A stretch of 54,236 nucleotides of DNA, filler included, from Stramenopiles sp. TOSAG23-3 (taxonomy: Eukaryota): assembly GCA_900128585.1 (NCBI GenBank). It is 4 parts of 4 records of this genome, joined end to end, with 100 filler letters (N's around TTAATTAATTAA, not from the genome) between each part and the next. Parts side by side here need not be neighbours in the genome. Positions count along the whole stretch, not along the records: positions 1 to 24,988 come from LT642296.1; positions 25,089 to 49,959 come from LT642297.1; 2 more parts are not named here. The stretch is one strand, 5' to 3'. Each line of letters starts with the position of its first letter. Position 1 is the first letter of the stretch. Positions 17,901-27,602 of this stretch are shown in pieces. Made by a program: the position numbers and the translations under genes. A model generated the notes under the pieces. The model was given only the letters and a program-made list of their open reading frames with translations. It searched no databases and was not told the origin of the DNA.

Positions 17901-20016
17901 TGGCTTTTTTCGCGAACTCCATAAATTCGGAGGCAGAGAGGAGGCCATTTCTGTTCTCATCAAAAGCTGCGAACATGCTCCCAATTTCGGGTCCCGTCAG
18001 TGCAATACCTTGATCTTTGAAAAAGGTCTGAAGCTGCTTCGGCTTCATTTCAAACTTTCCGAGTCCACCTTTTTTCATCTTACTGTATGCGCGTTCATCC
18101 CTGTCCTCCAACCTGCGAAGGCGATCGTTGAACGAGTCTTCGAACGCAGCACCCCAGTCAAACTGGCGACGCTTTTTTATTACTTTTAAGAGGGTGTCTT
18201 TCGTCAGCTCCATCGCCATCGCTTGCTCCTCGGGGAGTTGGATGTCCTTTGGTTCAAATTGCTTCCATGCGGTTTGGCACTGTTGGAATGTCTTGTAGCC
18301 CTTCGACCACGACGCATACTGGGGCATGAGCGAAGTATCTACCCCTTTTAGTTTCTTCCCCACCCTCTTCCATTCCTTTTTGCGCATGTCTTCGTCATTG
18401 GATTTATTTTCGCCTTCGTAAGGCCCATCTATGCAGCTTAGGCATTTCTTTGCCCGGGCCACCCTGGTCTTTTGTTCGCCCCACCCAGTGTAATCCTTGC
18501 CACTGTTGCGCGTCTCTTTCTCGTCTTTCAACGCTCTGACCCTTAGCAACGCCGGATTATTTCGTTTTTCATGCTTCAACTTTTCGGCGTCCACCTCGCC
18601 GCGACCCTTGGAGTCAAATTCCTCCATAAAATTGCGTTTATTGACGTAACCAAGCTTAAGGAGAGACCCCCGGGCATCTTCCAAATCATGCTTGTTCTTT
18701 GGGTTGGCATGTATGACCCTGAGGCCACTGTTCATCATCATGTCAACAGAATTCGTCATCACGTTGATTCGCTTCGGTCGAACTACCCCTCTCCCAGAAA
18801 AGTCCATCCGTGGGGCGATCTTCTTCTTCATTTTCTTCATCTTTGCGACGTCATCGTCGTTGGGCGGTGGCAGGACAATAATATTCTCGTTTTTCCGCTT
18901 TGCCCATCCTAAGTGCGTTTTTTTCGCCATGTTGCGGTCGCCTTCTTCGGCCTTTTTCTTCTTGTCGTCTTCGTCGATGGTGTCCTTCTCAACCCACTTT
19001 GACAGCCGACCAACACTCATACCAAGCAGCACCCTTTCCAAGCGCTTCTGCCTTTCTTTTGGAGTTTCTTCAATGTCGAAATCCTCGTCGTCATCGTTCT
19101 CTTCGTTATCCTTTCCTTCGCCACCGCTAGCTTTCGTGCCCCTTTGGTTCATTTTTTTCGTGGCACGCTCGATGACAGCCTTTTGGCACTGTTTCCACGT
19201 CCATTTCGTGCGCTGCATCCACAGTTTGTTCAGAACGTCGTTCGAGGCCTCCATGACTCTTTCCAATGGAGTTCTTGGGGCCCTCCCAAGGGGAGGGGTG
19301 TACTGCAACGAGTTGAGCACGTACTTGGTCTTCTCGCCTTTTTTGGTGGGGTATTTCCAGTCGTTGTCCTCGTCGTCGTCGTTGTCCTCGTCCTCGCTCC
19401 CGGAGCTACGCGCCCTCATATTCGACGTGTACACCCGGCCGTAATCTTCCGCAAGCTCTTGCACTTGGTTAGAAAGTTTCCCAGCTTCGGCAATGGGAAC
19501 GACGACGTCCGAAAAACAATGCCGGGGCTCCCCATCCTTCGCACGGGACCACTGGATGAACTCCCGCAGTAGCGACGGCAACGGACGCTGGGAAGCTGGC
19601 ACTTTGCCGCCCACGGGGGCAACTGGTTTCGAATTGGACAAACTGGGCAGATCGCTGTCGCCCCGCGCGCTCAAATCGAAGGTGCCAACCAAACAGTCAC
19701 ACGCAACCAAAGCCACCCCTATTTCCCTCCAGCTCTCGTCTTCGGACGCGCGCTTTATGAGTATTTCCTTCTTCAGCAACTGCTGAACCTTCTCGTAGCG
19801 ACTTTTCTTTTTCACCCAGCAATCAAAGGTCGCTTGCGCGACTTCTTTGGCCTTCTCGGCCACTCTTTTTTCTTTTTTCTTCTTGAGCATTGCAAGGTGC
19901 TTCACATCATCACGTTCTCGTTCTTTCTGACGCACCCATTCGTCGTGGTTGGGACCGTTCAACGTCTTTTTTGACGACATGGAAGTGCCCGTGCGCGAAC
20001 CACCAAAGGAGGACAT
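14989..20016 (-). CDS. Large EF-hand and fibronectin type III domain protein
   Basis: EF-hand loops DENRNGLLSASE, DVDGSGELSKAE, DENNDGKVSFDE, DANGDGDLGYDE and DKNNDGHIKFDE. FN3 signatures LAPNTKYLYRLTAFN, LVPGQSYQYRVHAVN, LKPNTMYRF and DADTAYKFKVAALN. ATG at 20016; the track start at 20082 is GTG. Confidence 0.85.
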   Translation of the reverse strand: MSSFGGSRTGTSMSSKKTLNGPNHDEWVRQKERERDDVKHLAMLKKKKEKRVAEKAKEVAQATFDCWVKKKSRYEKVQQLLKKEILIKRASEDESWREIGVALVACDCLVGTFDLSARGDSDLPSLSNSKPVAPVGGKVPASQRPLPSLLREFIQWSRAKDGEPRHCFSDVVVPIAEAGKLSNQVQELAEDYGRVYTSNMRARSSGSEDEDNDDDEDNDWKYPTKKGEKTKYVLNSLQYTPPLGRAPRTPLERVMEASNDVLNKLWMQRTKWTWKQCQKAVIERATKKMNQRGTKASGGEGKDNEENDDDEDFDIEETPKERQKRLERVLLGMSVGRLSKWVEKDTIDEDDKKKKAEEGDRNMAKKTHLGWAKRKNENIIVLPPPNDDDVAKMKKMKKKIAPRMDFSGRGVVRPKRINVMTNSVDMMMNSGLRVIHANPKNKHDLEDARGSLLKLGYVNKRNFMEEFDSKGRGEVDAEKLKHEKRNNPALLRVRALKDEKETRNSGKDYTGWGEQKTRVARAKKCLSCIDGPYEGENKSNDEDMRKKEWKRVGKKLKGVDTSLMPQYASWSKGYKTFQQCQTAWKQFEPKDIQLPEEQAMAMELTKDTLLKVIKKRRQFDWGAAFEDSFNDRLRRLEDRDERAYSKMKKGGLGKFEMKPKQLQTFFKDQGIALTGPEIGSMFAAFDENRNGLLSASEFMEFAKKARTAQINPNSDFWNDLPTLKKYYKKNGKWTDEQRNDCVQALEDMASVNLQAEAEIKMLEQGKPPAPPILKMKRSTGLTPKEQTSTLELTWAPGPGKTLPIFYVLEIADKSGKIFSELTKDPPHAKHKDIVPTGYFMHEELAPNTKYLYRLTAFNGFGPSTPTYASFTTLPIAPPAPRLDSSSITVDKCTVTLSWGEGEEYVRKLRSLRKVFNKIDVDGSGELSKAEMETFKNQIIHPEKNQANPILREFVEWSGCGEDIFLTMFKKADENNDGKVSFDEFSKHLLRNARVNSNKPRVVDGGAETKTEDDHAAVATGTKFVLMQCIADEDVPFFNPVTAPTHKTSWKVSGLVPGQSYQYRVHAVNQDDEPGPPSKPLIVNAQLTQPDTPRLKRGKNGKLMIVWKEPPNLDMSTMLLGPSSTPARNTNQLNSSTSSLKSSSSRRSNTLRKSDSNALGKTKDKYWGTNPLAASATFNKGVQGTQSSTWMKKLAEWTNPAEDGNGGEEKYSQSGVSEGSVKRMFDRYDANGDGDLGYDELKHFLKDMGMPHDNHAIQAAMMEVDKNNDGHIKFDEFKDWWSTHKITYVLKRDAGTPESSLASTGGRLPGKPYYCVDYTLQDNRSVQFDIGGDSEYSLKPNTMYRFALMYRSRRSFSPLSQELQVCTPPGAPTQPVAVAVRAREVTLKWYPGPGGAAFKYVVLYKKLGKAGRGPTSMVDDGDEDGWEKCFEGSSTLARITSGIDADTAYKFKVAALNRQYTRGDTSLPTMAVTIRSVDEEDTTPNNVEDIFTIECTGDVVTGDTIVFTERVYRVVKPAINGKENNKSRKSLKSKSRQTRSIKSKLGVESSGSVRLSQSIEGSAKREFVTERTVAAVVFKETESLYSSRKGLKEMERSLSMQVIWCTASAKSDIAKKHILKPGAIISRKEGALREFEVFRCPWAQEDSRWTSSEEQTAKVLDNGLSEEDNLLMAESS

Positions 20017-21307
20017 GGTTGTACGGTTTGCAACGTCTAAAAGAAGTGTATGTCTAAAAAGTGCACGGTTTCCTTGTTGCACAAACTTGACTGTTCTACT
20101 ATATGCGAGTAACTTTTCTTATTCTTTTAACAGAAACTGTGCTCGCTTCTCATTTGATTGATTAATGAATTGTTGCTAGCTTTTACTTTTCAGTCACATT
20201 TATAATATAGCTATCCGCGCGATGCAATGTGATGGAATGAATTCCGTTTGTTAAATTGAAATCCTCCTTTTTTTTTTTTTTAATTCGTTGTTCTCTCTCT
20301 TCTTCTTCTTTTTTTTCCCTTCTTCTTCTTTTCTACGTTTGTGACACTTTGAGATTTCATTTTATTCCCCTGTTATTCGGTTAGTTGTCGTCTTAAAAAA
20401 AATAAAATAACTGTGGTGATGATGATGTAATATTTATTATACATACATACACACAGCATGTTGTAAATACAGATATAGGAGATCTTGTCTCCATTTTTTT
20501 TTGTCTTCTATTTTTATTATTATTCAATTATTTTATTTTAACATACGTATAGCATAGGTTAAAAGAAATCATTTGGCAGTTATAATTTACAGAATCATTT
20601 AAATAGGATATATTTGATTAGTAATTAGTATAACTTTGTATATTGTAAATTTTACTTAAACAAAGAAAACAATTTTAACGGTAGAACTATATCGATGCTG
20701 TCTTTATGTATTTTATTTCAAAACCAATTACAACTGGAATAACGTTTTCCGAGTTCGTAGAGTCTTTGCTTTATTACTTCTTCACCGAGAAGAATAGAAA
20801 AAAAAAGAAAAGAACTGAAATACCCTAAAACAAACACTATCAAAAGAAACTATTCTTCACCAATGGTAATCCCATACTAAAATTAGCATGCACATAGGCT
20901 GTGTTTGTGATGGCCTCATAATCCCTCTCTCCTCCTTCTTCCTTCCTCCTTCCTCTCCCATCACTACTATCATATACCGTAGCTATATTGACATTATCAC
21001 ATATCGCTTCTTTCTTCTTCCTTCCTCTTTCTTTCTTCTTCGCGCGCCGCCGCCCGGGGGGCTTTAATTTCCCGAGTTAAAAAGATTTGTTGATGATTCA
21101 TATAAGTAAGAAGACATGGATGGATGGTTGACGCAAGGAGATTATTTTCGACTAAACAGATCATAGAATATATTGAGAATAATATTTGAAAGGCAACTTA
21201 CTAGAGACGACGACCAACCAAAAAGGAACATTTACTAACTGGACAAGTACCTGTCTTACGTGCTGTAAATTCGAACACGAGAACGCGCGCGAAAAACCAC
21301 CAGGAAC

Positions 21308-22618
21308 ATGTCCGATTTTTTTTCCTCTGTGGGTTTAGCGTCCCCGGCAGCTGCATTTAGTGCGGTGTCGGTTGCTGCCCTTCTTTCTCACGTGTTCCTG
21401 CGGCACAATAAGCAGCGGAGCATAGGCCGGACGTATGTTTTGCCTGGACCACTTTTGATGGGCCAGGACAAGTGGTTGGGAGGAGTGTGCTCGCCGTGCG
21501 GAAAGTTCATATATGGGGTGCCCGGTCACGCGAAACGAGTGCTGAAGATCACGATAGCGACCGGAGAGTACGAGCTCATCGGTCCAAAATACAAAGGGCA
21601 ATTCAAGTGGTTACGAGGGGTAGAGATACCAAAGTCGTACACGGGAACCACACAAAAGCTGTACTGCTTGCCCTCCAACGGGGGCAAGTATGGCGTCTTG
21701 AAAATATTGCCAGACACGCACGAGGTGAGCACTATCGGCGGGCCGTATGAAGGCGACTGGCTGTGGCACGGCGGCGTTCTGTCCGAAGTAGACGGGAATG
21801 TGTATGCAATTCCTTGCAATGCAACGGGGGTGTTAAAGATCGATCCAAGAACGGACAAAGTGACCGTCATAGGGGGACCTTGGCCAGACGAGCCAAAGCG
21901 CCAAAAATGGTACGGCGGAATCGTTGGACACGATGGGAACATTTATGGAATCCCCCAGTGTGCTTCGGGGGTGCTGAAGATCAACCCGAGAACCCAAGAG
22001 TGCACCATTATCGGCAAGGAGGAAGTGTCCCAGCACGGCCAGGGCCAGAAAATGGGGTGGAAATGGCACGGCGGGTTTTACTGCAAAGAGACTGGGGCGA
22101 TTTACGGGATACCTTCCAATGCCGATGCTGTGTTGAAGATCGACACGAAAACCGACACCGTCACCACGATAGGGTACCCCCTGAACAGGGAATGGAGCCA
22201 TCGGCAAGATGGACGGTACAAGTATTTGGGGGGAGCAATTGGCCCCGACGGGTACTGTTACTTTTTCCCCTGCGACGCGGAGCGTGTGCTGCGGGTTGAT
22301 TTGAGAACGGACAAATGCAAAACGATTGGGCCGAAATTTATGGAAGGCATGAACAAGTGGCAGAACGGTTTTTGCGCATCGGATGGGTGTATCTATGCCA
22401 TTCCCCAGCGTGCCTACGGGATTCTTAAAATTGAGCCTTCGGCCGACCGTACCAAAGACGCGACGGTTCTGTCTTTGGATTGTGGAGGTGGAGAATACAT
22501 GAAGTTCCAAAAGGATAAGTTTGAGGCCGCAGTAATGGGGGCCGACGGCGCGATGTATTGCATACCATTGAGGGCCAAGCAAATAGTAAAAATAATCCCC
22601 GGAAGGGAAAAACTCTAA
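21308..22618 (+). CDS. Beta-propeller repeat protein with a hydrophobic N-terminal anchor or signal
   Basis: About seven repeats of KWxGGxxxxDGxIYxIPxxAxxVLKIDP, plus a hydrophobic N-terminus. Confidence 0.8.
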   Translation: MSDFFSSVGLASPAAAFSAVSVAALLSHVFLRHNKQRSIGRTYVLPGPLLMGQDKWLGGVCSPCGKFIYGVPGHAKRVLKITIATGEYELIGPKYKGQFKWLRGVEIPKSYTGTTQKLYCLPSNGGKYGVLKILPDTHEVSTIGGPYEGDWLWHGGVLSEVDGNVYAIPCNATGVLKIDPRTDKVTVIGGPWPDEPKRQKWYGGIVGHDGNIYGIPQCASGVLKINPRTQECTIIGKEEVSQHGQGQKMGWKWHGGFYCKETGAIYGIPSNADAVLKIDTKTDTVTTIGYPLNREWSHRQDGRYKYLGGAIGPDGYCYFFPCDAERVLRVDLRTDKCKTIGPKFMEGMNKWQNGFCASDGCIYAIPQRAYGILKIEPSADRTKDATVLSLDCGGGEYMKFQKDKFEAAVMGADGAMYCIPLRAKQIVKIIPGREKL

Positions 22619-22651
22619 TTCTTAAGTTGAAAATTGGTTGTTATCTGAAGG

Positions 22652-22679
22652 CAAGAAAATTGGCTGTTATTTTAAAGTA
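22652..22679 (+). repeat. Dispersed ~28-bp element, copy 1 (CAAGAAAATTGGCTGTTATTTTAAAGTA)
   Basis: Near-identical to 33881-33906 (+) and 34135-34164 (-). A degenerate partial copy lies at 22629-22644. Confidence 0.85.
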
Positions 22680-22947
22680 AAATTAAAATCAATGTACTGC
22701 GAACTGAACTCTAGAGTTAGACATTCAAGATTTACATTCCTTCATGTTTCCCTTCATTACTACTGTTTATATTAAAGTTAAAAAAACCATAACACATTTT
22801 TTTAAAAATATTTTTTGTTTTCTAACAAAACTCTTTTCTTTTGCACTTTAAAACATTTTTGCCGCTGTTTACTAAAAAGCCAATTGGCCACTTAAGTTAT
22901 TTTGTCGGTCGGTTAATCATCCGTTGTAGGGCAGTGCGAATATTGTT

Positions 22948-24213
22948 TCAATTTTTTTTATTCTTAAATAAACTCACCACTGGGTATATAATGGAGATGA
23001 AAAATGCTCTTAAGAGTGTTGACGACAAATTGGAAGTGAAGGAAATCCCAAGAATACTTATCGCTCCATATTTTTCTTTCAAGCCACAAAACTCCTGATA
23101 GTCAGCAGCAAATTTTTCTGGATCAATTTCTTGGATTTTTGGGAAAGATATAATGACTGCTCTCTGAAGAGAATTATGCTGACGGTCAATTCGACTAAAC
23201 ATATAAAAGTAAAGGAATAGTAAGAATGTCCATATAACGCAAGGCACAAATCCTACATCCTGCTGTCGTAAACTACCATGAAATACATCGTTTGCAAAAT
23301 TCACCAAATAGTATGACAAATTTAAAATCACGACAATTGCAGTCGAAATGGCAATTGGTGCGAATCTATCGGCCCATAGATTCAAGGAAGAAATAACAAG
23401 CCTGTATCGTTTAATTAATTTCCTTGAACCAAAGTCAGGATCATTTTCAACTTTTTCAGATATTCGCTTAACATTTCGAACATGTACATATTCAATGTTC
23501 ACAAAGCCAATACCACACATACAAATGGTGTAACATGTAGAATATGCATAGACAGTATTGGGGTCCCAAAACAAAATCTTGGGTATCCACCCACCGTTAT
23601 CGAGATATATATATGCATATATCATTCCAATGAGCCAAGTGATAACAACATACATATCAACAATTTTGCGTTTTCTGACAACTGTGCTGTTGTCACCTAC
23701 CTTGATGGAATATAAAGCATTCTCGGCGTTAGAATAACGGAAGCCAAACATAAAACCGAAGCAATGTGCCGATAGCCACATGAAATTCATAGCCAACGGT
23801 AAATCTGGGTCATTTTGCCAATCAACAGAAAAAGCATGAGAGATCATGCCCCATCCGTTTTGCAAAGCAAAATTTAGTTGAGCCAACGTAAATAAAATAT
23901 ACGAAAGAGTTATCCAGGAAGTTGTCACCGAACGTAGTCGATCAATAACATATTGTGGAAGCTTCACCAAGCCTACTGCCAAGATAAAATCAACAGCCCA
24001 GCTTAACAAATTAGCAAGCTTGGGAGTTCCACTATCCTCCTCTTCCACATTTTTTAAGTGTCTCAAACTATATTTTACAATGATAGAGTCGTCGCATAGG
24101 CCACAACTTTTATTTTGTGAATGTTGTTCGTCTGAAAGTTTTATGCTTTCCCGTACAGGTTCCCCATTCTCTAAACGGGAATATGGACCAGGTGGATTTT
24201 GTACGTGAGTCAT
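22948..24213 (-). CDS. Multi-pass membrane protein, candidate gustatory-receptor-like (GRL/DUF3537-type) 7TM ion channel
   Basis: 421 aa with about seven hydrophobic segments, a long charged helical linker between TM4 and TM5, and a split C-terminal TM7 (YGAISILGISFT..LLRAFFISIIYPVVSLF). Confidence 0.6.
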   Translation of the reverse strand: MTHVQNPPGPYSRLENGEPVRESIKLSDEQHSQNKSCGLCDDSIIVKYSLRHLKNVEEEDSGTPKLANLLSWAVDFILAVGLVKLPQYVIDRLRSVTTSWITLSYILFTLAQLNFALQNGWGMISHAFSVDWQNDPDLPLAMNFMWLSAHCFGFMFGFRYSNAENALYSIKVGDNSTVVRKRKIVDMYVVITWLIGMIYAYIYLDNGGWIPKILFWDPNTVYAYSTCYTICMCGIGFVNIEYVHVRNVKRISEKVENDPDFGSRKLIKRYRLVISSLNLWADRFAPIAISTAIVVILNLSYYLVNFANDVFHGSLRQQDVGFVPCVIWTFLLFLYFYMFSRIDRQHNSLQRAVIISFPKIQEIDPEKFAADYQEFCGLKEKYGAISILGISFTSNLSSTLLRAFFISIIYPVVSLFKNKKN

Positions 24214-24700
24214 TGTAATGGTTTGTTTGAATTTCTTTCGCGCACTCTCAATGTCTTATTAATTATTCTATGCCTTCTATGCTTGTAAACACTGTTCGTG
24301 TAACTAATAAAGATCAAAGAATATAAATAAATGTATTACGATGTGGCAGCTGTGCGTAACTCTCCTTGAGGCTGAGATTTTCTGTACCCTCCTCTGTAAA
24401 CGAAGCCATGTCTTTTATCCTGTTTATTGTTTCCTTAATAGTTATTTTCTTTGCTTTTCCGTTAACGTTTATCTTTTATTGTTTCGTATTCGTTCTTTTC
24501 AGTCTCTGTAACTTATTGCGTTCGTTTAGTTATTCATTTCGTTGATTAAAGATCGAAAAAACAGTGTCTTCGAACAATAGCATGACACAGCAAGGACGGA
24601 GAAAAAAAATGCACGTAGAGAAAGAATCATTCTCTTTAACATTCCGTCCGACTCCTCCTATATAAAATCAGTATTTAAGTTAACTCTATCACTTTTAATA

Positions 24701-24976
24701 ATGTTGACCGACACCCTCGATTCCTTGTTGGAGTCGGATATGTTTAAAGCCGTAATAGCATACGGTCATCCAATAGATAGGAAGCCGTGGTATGGGTATT
24801 TGTACATAGCTAAGTTTCTCGAACGAGACAAGTTGAAGATAGGCATTGCGTCGAAATTGGATAGGCGTGACATGCAGTTAAGACTACAAAATGAGTACCA
24901 GGATAGTGGCCATTACTATCATACTGATAGAATTGTGCACCCTGGGGAAAGGGTAAAATGTTTAAGAGGATTTTAA
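24701..24976 (+). CDS. Short T5orf172/MUG113-like (GIY-YIG superfamily) ORF, possibly a fragment
   Basis: GYLYIAKF..KLKIGIASKLDRRDMQL matches the GYxY..KIG..R..QL pattern. The ORF ends 12 nt before a contig break. Confidence 0.55.
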   Translation: MLTDTLDSLLESDMFKAVIAYGHPIDRKPWYGYLYIAKFLERDKLKIGIASKLDRRDMQLRLQNEYQDSGHYYHTDRIVHPGERVKCLRGF

Positions 24977-24988
24977 AATAAAACGTTC

Positions 24989-25088
24989 NNNNNNNNNNNN
25001 NNNNNNNNNNNNNNNNNNNNNNNNNNNNNNNNTTAATTAATTAANNNNNNNNNNNNNNNNNNNNNNNNNNNNNNNNNNNNNNNNNNNN
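24989..25088. other. Artificial contig linker N44-TTAATTAATTAA-N44
   Basis: 100-nt spacer with stops in all six frames; identical to the other two linkers. Confidence 0.98.
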
Positions 25089-25715
25089 AAGTAATTAAAT
25101 TTAGCTTCGTCATACCCTAATCCTAACTTGGTTCTGTAATTTCGTCTCATTGATGATTGTCAATCATAATAAGTTTAACAGAATATATTTGATAACCAAA
25201 ATCACAACAGTAATGATCAGATAGAGATCAGGAATGTAAACCTCTAATGGACAAAAGTACAATTTAAATTATACCATAACTCCTCCTTCCATAGACTTCG
25301 TATATAATAATAGCCTTAATTCCACTTAAAGTCCACTCGATAATTCTCATATTACATTTTAAGTGATGCTATGTCGGTGTATTTATAATTTTATTTATAT
25401 ATCCGGTATTAATTACTCTGTGGTGTGGTGAATAATAATAGTATTTCTTTTAATACCGATTTTATAACTATTGTTGTTTGTTGTTATTTTTTTTATGACC
25501 AAAAAAAAAAGGCTCCGATTATGCATGAAAGCGATCATCTACTGGAAACGATTAGAAATAGATTTTTTTAAATGGTTTCCATTGAGTCAGTACGTGTGCA
25601 CGTCTACTGTCAACATTACATAATCTTCATACATTTTTTTATCACGAAGGGATTCATTCGAACGCTTTCAGCCCCTTCTCCTTTTGTCGTTGGAATCGGT
25701 ACTGTTCGCGCAGAG

Positions 25716-27155
25716 ATGGCGGATAATACAGTCAGCATAGGCGAAGATCGCCGCTTAAGAAAAGCTTCCGTGAAAGTCTTGAACTCCTTACGAGGCGTGG
25801 CGGCATTCCGAAGGTTTGACAAAATTGCACACCACAGTGAAATGCAGGAAGACATGTTGCGTGAAATGTTTTTCTCCTACGACAGTATCCATAATGGGAG
25901 GCTGGCGGTGGCCGACTTGTACGAACTATTAAGAATGGTTCGGACGTCGGGCGGAGCATCGCAGTCCCTTGCGAGCATTGCGGAAGTCCCCGACGGCAAG
26001 GACGAGGGCCTGATCGCGATGATTGAAGAACTGCTGCCATACTACCACACAGACGGGATCAGTTTCCAACAATTTGTATTTGTGTACAACCGAATTCTCG
26101 AAGTCGACAAAAAGGGAGGCAAACAAAAGTTGAAACGGAGCAAGCGAAGCAGCACGACGGGGGTGAGCAACTCCTCCATAATGTCGCCTGTAACAAGGAA
26201 CCTGGTGATGAAAGAAATCGATCGATTGTACGAGACAGGGTCCATTTCCATAGAAGATAAAGCGCTGCTGCGAAGCATTGGCGAGGTTACGTTCGTCCAT
26301 GAGGACCAGCAGATTGACCATGAGCGGCAGGTGGTAGAATTGAAGGTAAAGCTAGCGGGACTGATCAAACTCCATTCTCAGACCAAGTCAAAGATGATGA
26401 GGAACCATATCTTTCGGGAATTAAATGCATTCAGAGGGGCCAAAGAACTGTACGAAGAATGCCTGGAGCAGCGACAGCACGTGAAGGCAAACAAGAAAAT
26501 CCTTCACGGTCAACTGTACAAGCACACCTCCAGCCATACCCTGCTGGTCCCAGGACAACAAGCCGATGAGGAGATTCACTATTCTCCGTTTGACGACGAA
26601 AAAATAAATTACCACGGTATCGCAAACGTGGCCAAATTCTTCACCGCAGACGATAACCTGGAAAAACTCTCCATCAATTTGACACCAGAAATCAAGATTG
26701 CACTTATTGAGCACATAAAGGATATGTGTGTGCGGCAAGTTTTGCCACAGGACCTGAGTGATTTTGCAGTTGGATTGGTCAAAAAGGAGGACATGTACGC
26801 GACATTTGCATTTTACAAATTCGTGGACCACGACGAGTCTCTGAAACTGTACTTGAAGCAGCGAAGGGGAAAGCGCTTGAGCCAGAAGAAAAGGGACAGG
26901 AAAAAGCAGCACCGCAAGCTTTTGAAACGGGCAGATTCGTACAAGGCATTTATGCAGGAAAAGAGGCTCTTGTACGAAGACTTACAAAACGATAAGGCAG
27001 AACAGGAACAAAAAGAGAAAGAGGAGAAGGCCGTCCAAGAGGAACTGCCTCCGAAGAAAAAACCCATTCGATTGAAGAAAGTGCCTCGCTGGTTGCAAAT
27101 GTTTCAAGAAGCAAAAATGAAACAAGCACAACGGAAGCTGGATGAGCAGAATTAG
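25716..27155 (+). CDS. Hypothetical protein with a degenerate EF-hand pair and a charged coiled-coil C-terminus
   Basis: LREMFFSYDSIHNGRLAVADL and DGISFQQF are EF-hand-like; the tail is K/E/R-rich. ATG 25716 is preferred over upstream ATG 25572, whose extension looks non-coding. Confidence 0.65.
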   Translation: MADNTVSIGEDRRLRKASVKVLNSLRGVAAFRRFDKIAHHSEMQEDMLREMFFSYDSIHNGRLAVADLYELLRMVRTSGGASQSLASIAEVPDGKDEGLIAMIEELLPYYHTDGISFQQFVFVYNRILEVDKKGGKQKLKRSKRSSTTGVSNSSIMSPVTRNLVMKEIDRLYETGSISIEDKALLRSIGEVTFVHEDQQIDHERQVVELKVKLAGLIKLHSQTKSKMMRNHIFRELNAFRGAKELYEECLEQRQHVKANKKILHGQLYKHTSSHTLLVPGQQADEEIHYSPFDDEKINYHGIANVAKFFTADDNLEKLSINLTPEIKIALIEHIKDMCVRQVLPQDLSDFAVGLVKKEDMYATFAFYKFVDHDESLKLYLKQRRGKRLSQKKRDRKKQHRKLLKRADSYKAFMQEKRLLYEDLQNDKAEQEQKEKEEKAVQEELPPKKKPIRLKKVPRWLQMFQEAKMKQAQRKLDEQN

Positions 27156-27602
27156 AGACACTATGAATGAAGAATGATCAAATCATCAATTTTTTTTATA
27201 TTAGTACGCACTAATACGCACTAATATTATTACGCACGGCCAAAATAACCCTAATAATAAAACTAACAGCAAACAACAACAAATGAAAATGAAATAAATT
27301 TATAGATGATGACAGAGGATGATGACACCCACCCGCAGATTAAGATCATCATAATCATCCCATCGCATCATCATCCATCATCGATCCCCATTTTTATTAT
27401 TATATTAATTTTTTTTGTTTTCTTTTTTATTCTTTTCTTTCGATGCAATAGACTACACCTTTTTACAATTTTTTGTTCAACTCACACGCTAAACCTTCAT
27501 TGCATAAAATTCTAGATTAAAAAACCTGCGTGTTTCCCTGGTTGATGCTCTCGTTTACCGCTTTTTCTCCAGGTTGAACAGAGAAAAACAATTCTTGACA
27601 CC

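Noticed and set aside
25113-25128. CCCTAATCCTAA telomere-like sequence near a contig start
   Set aside because: Only two imperfect units, which is expected by chance.
27198-27237. TACGCACTAA x2 plus TACGCAC downstream of a stop codon
   Set aside because: A tiny local duplication not seen elsewhere in the window.
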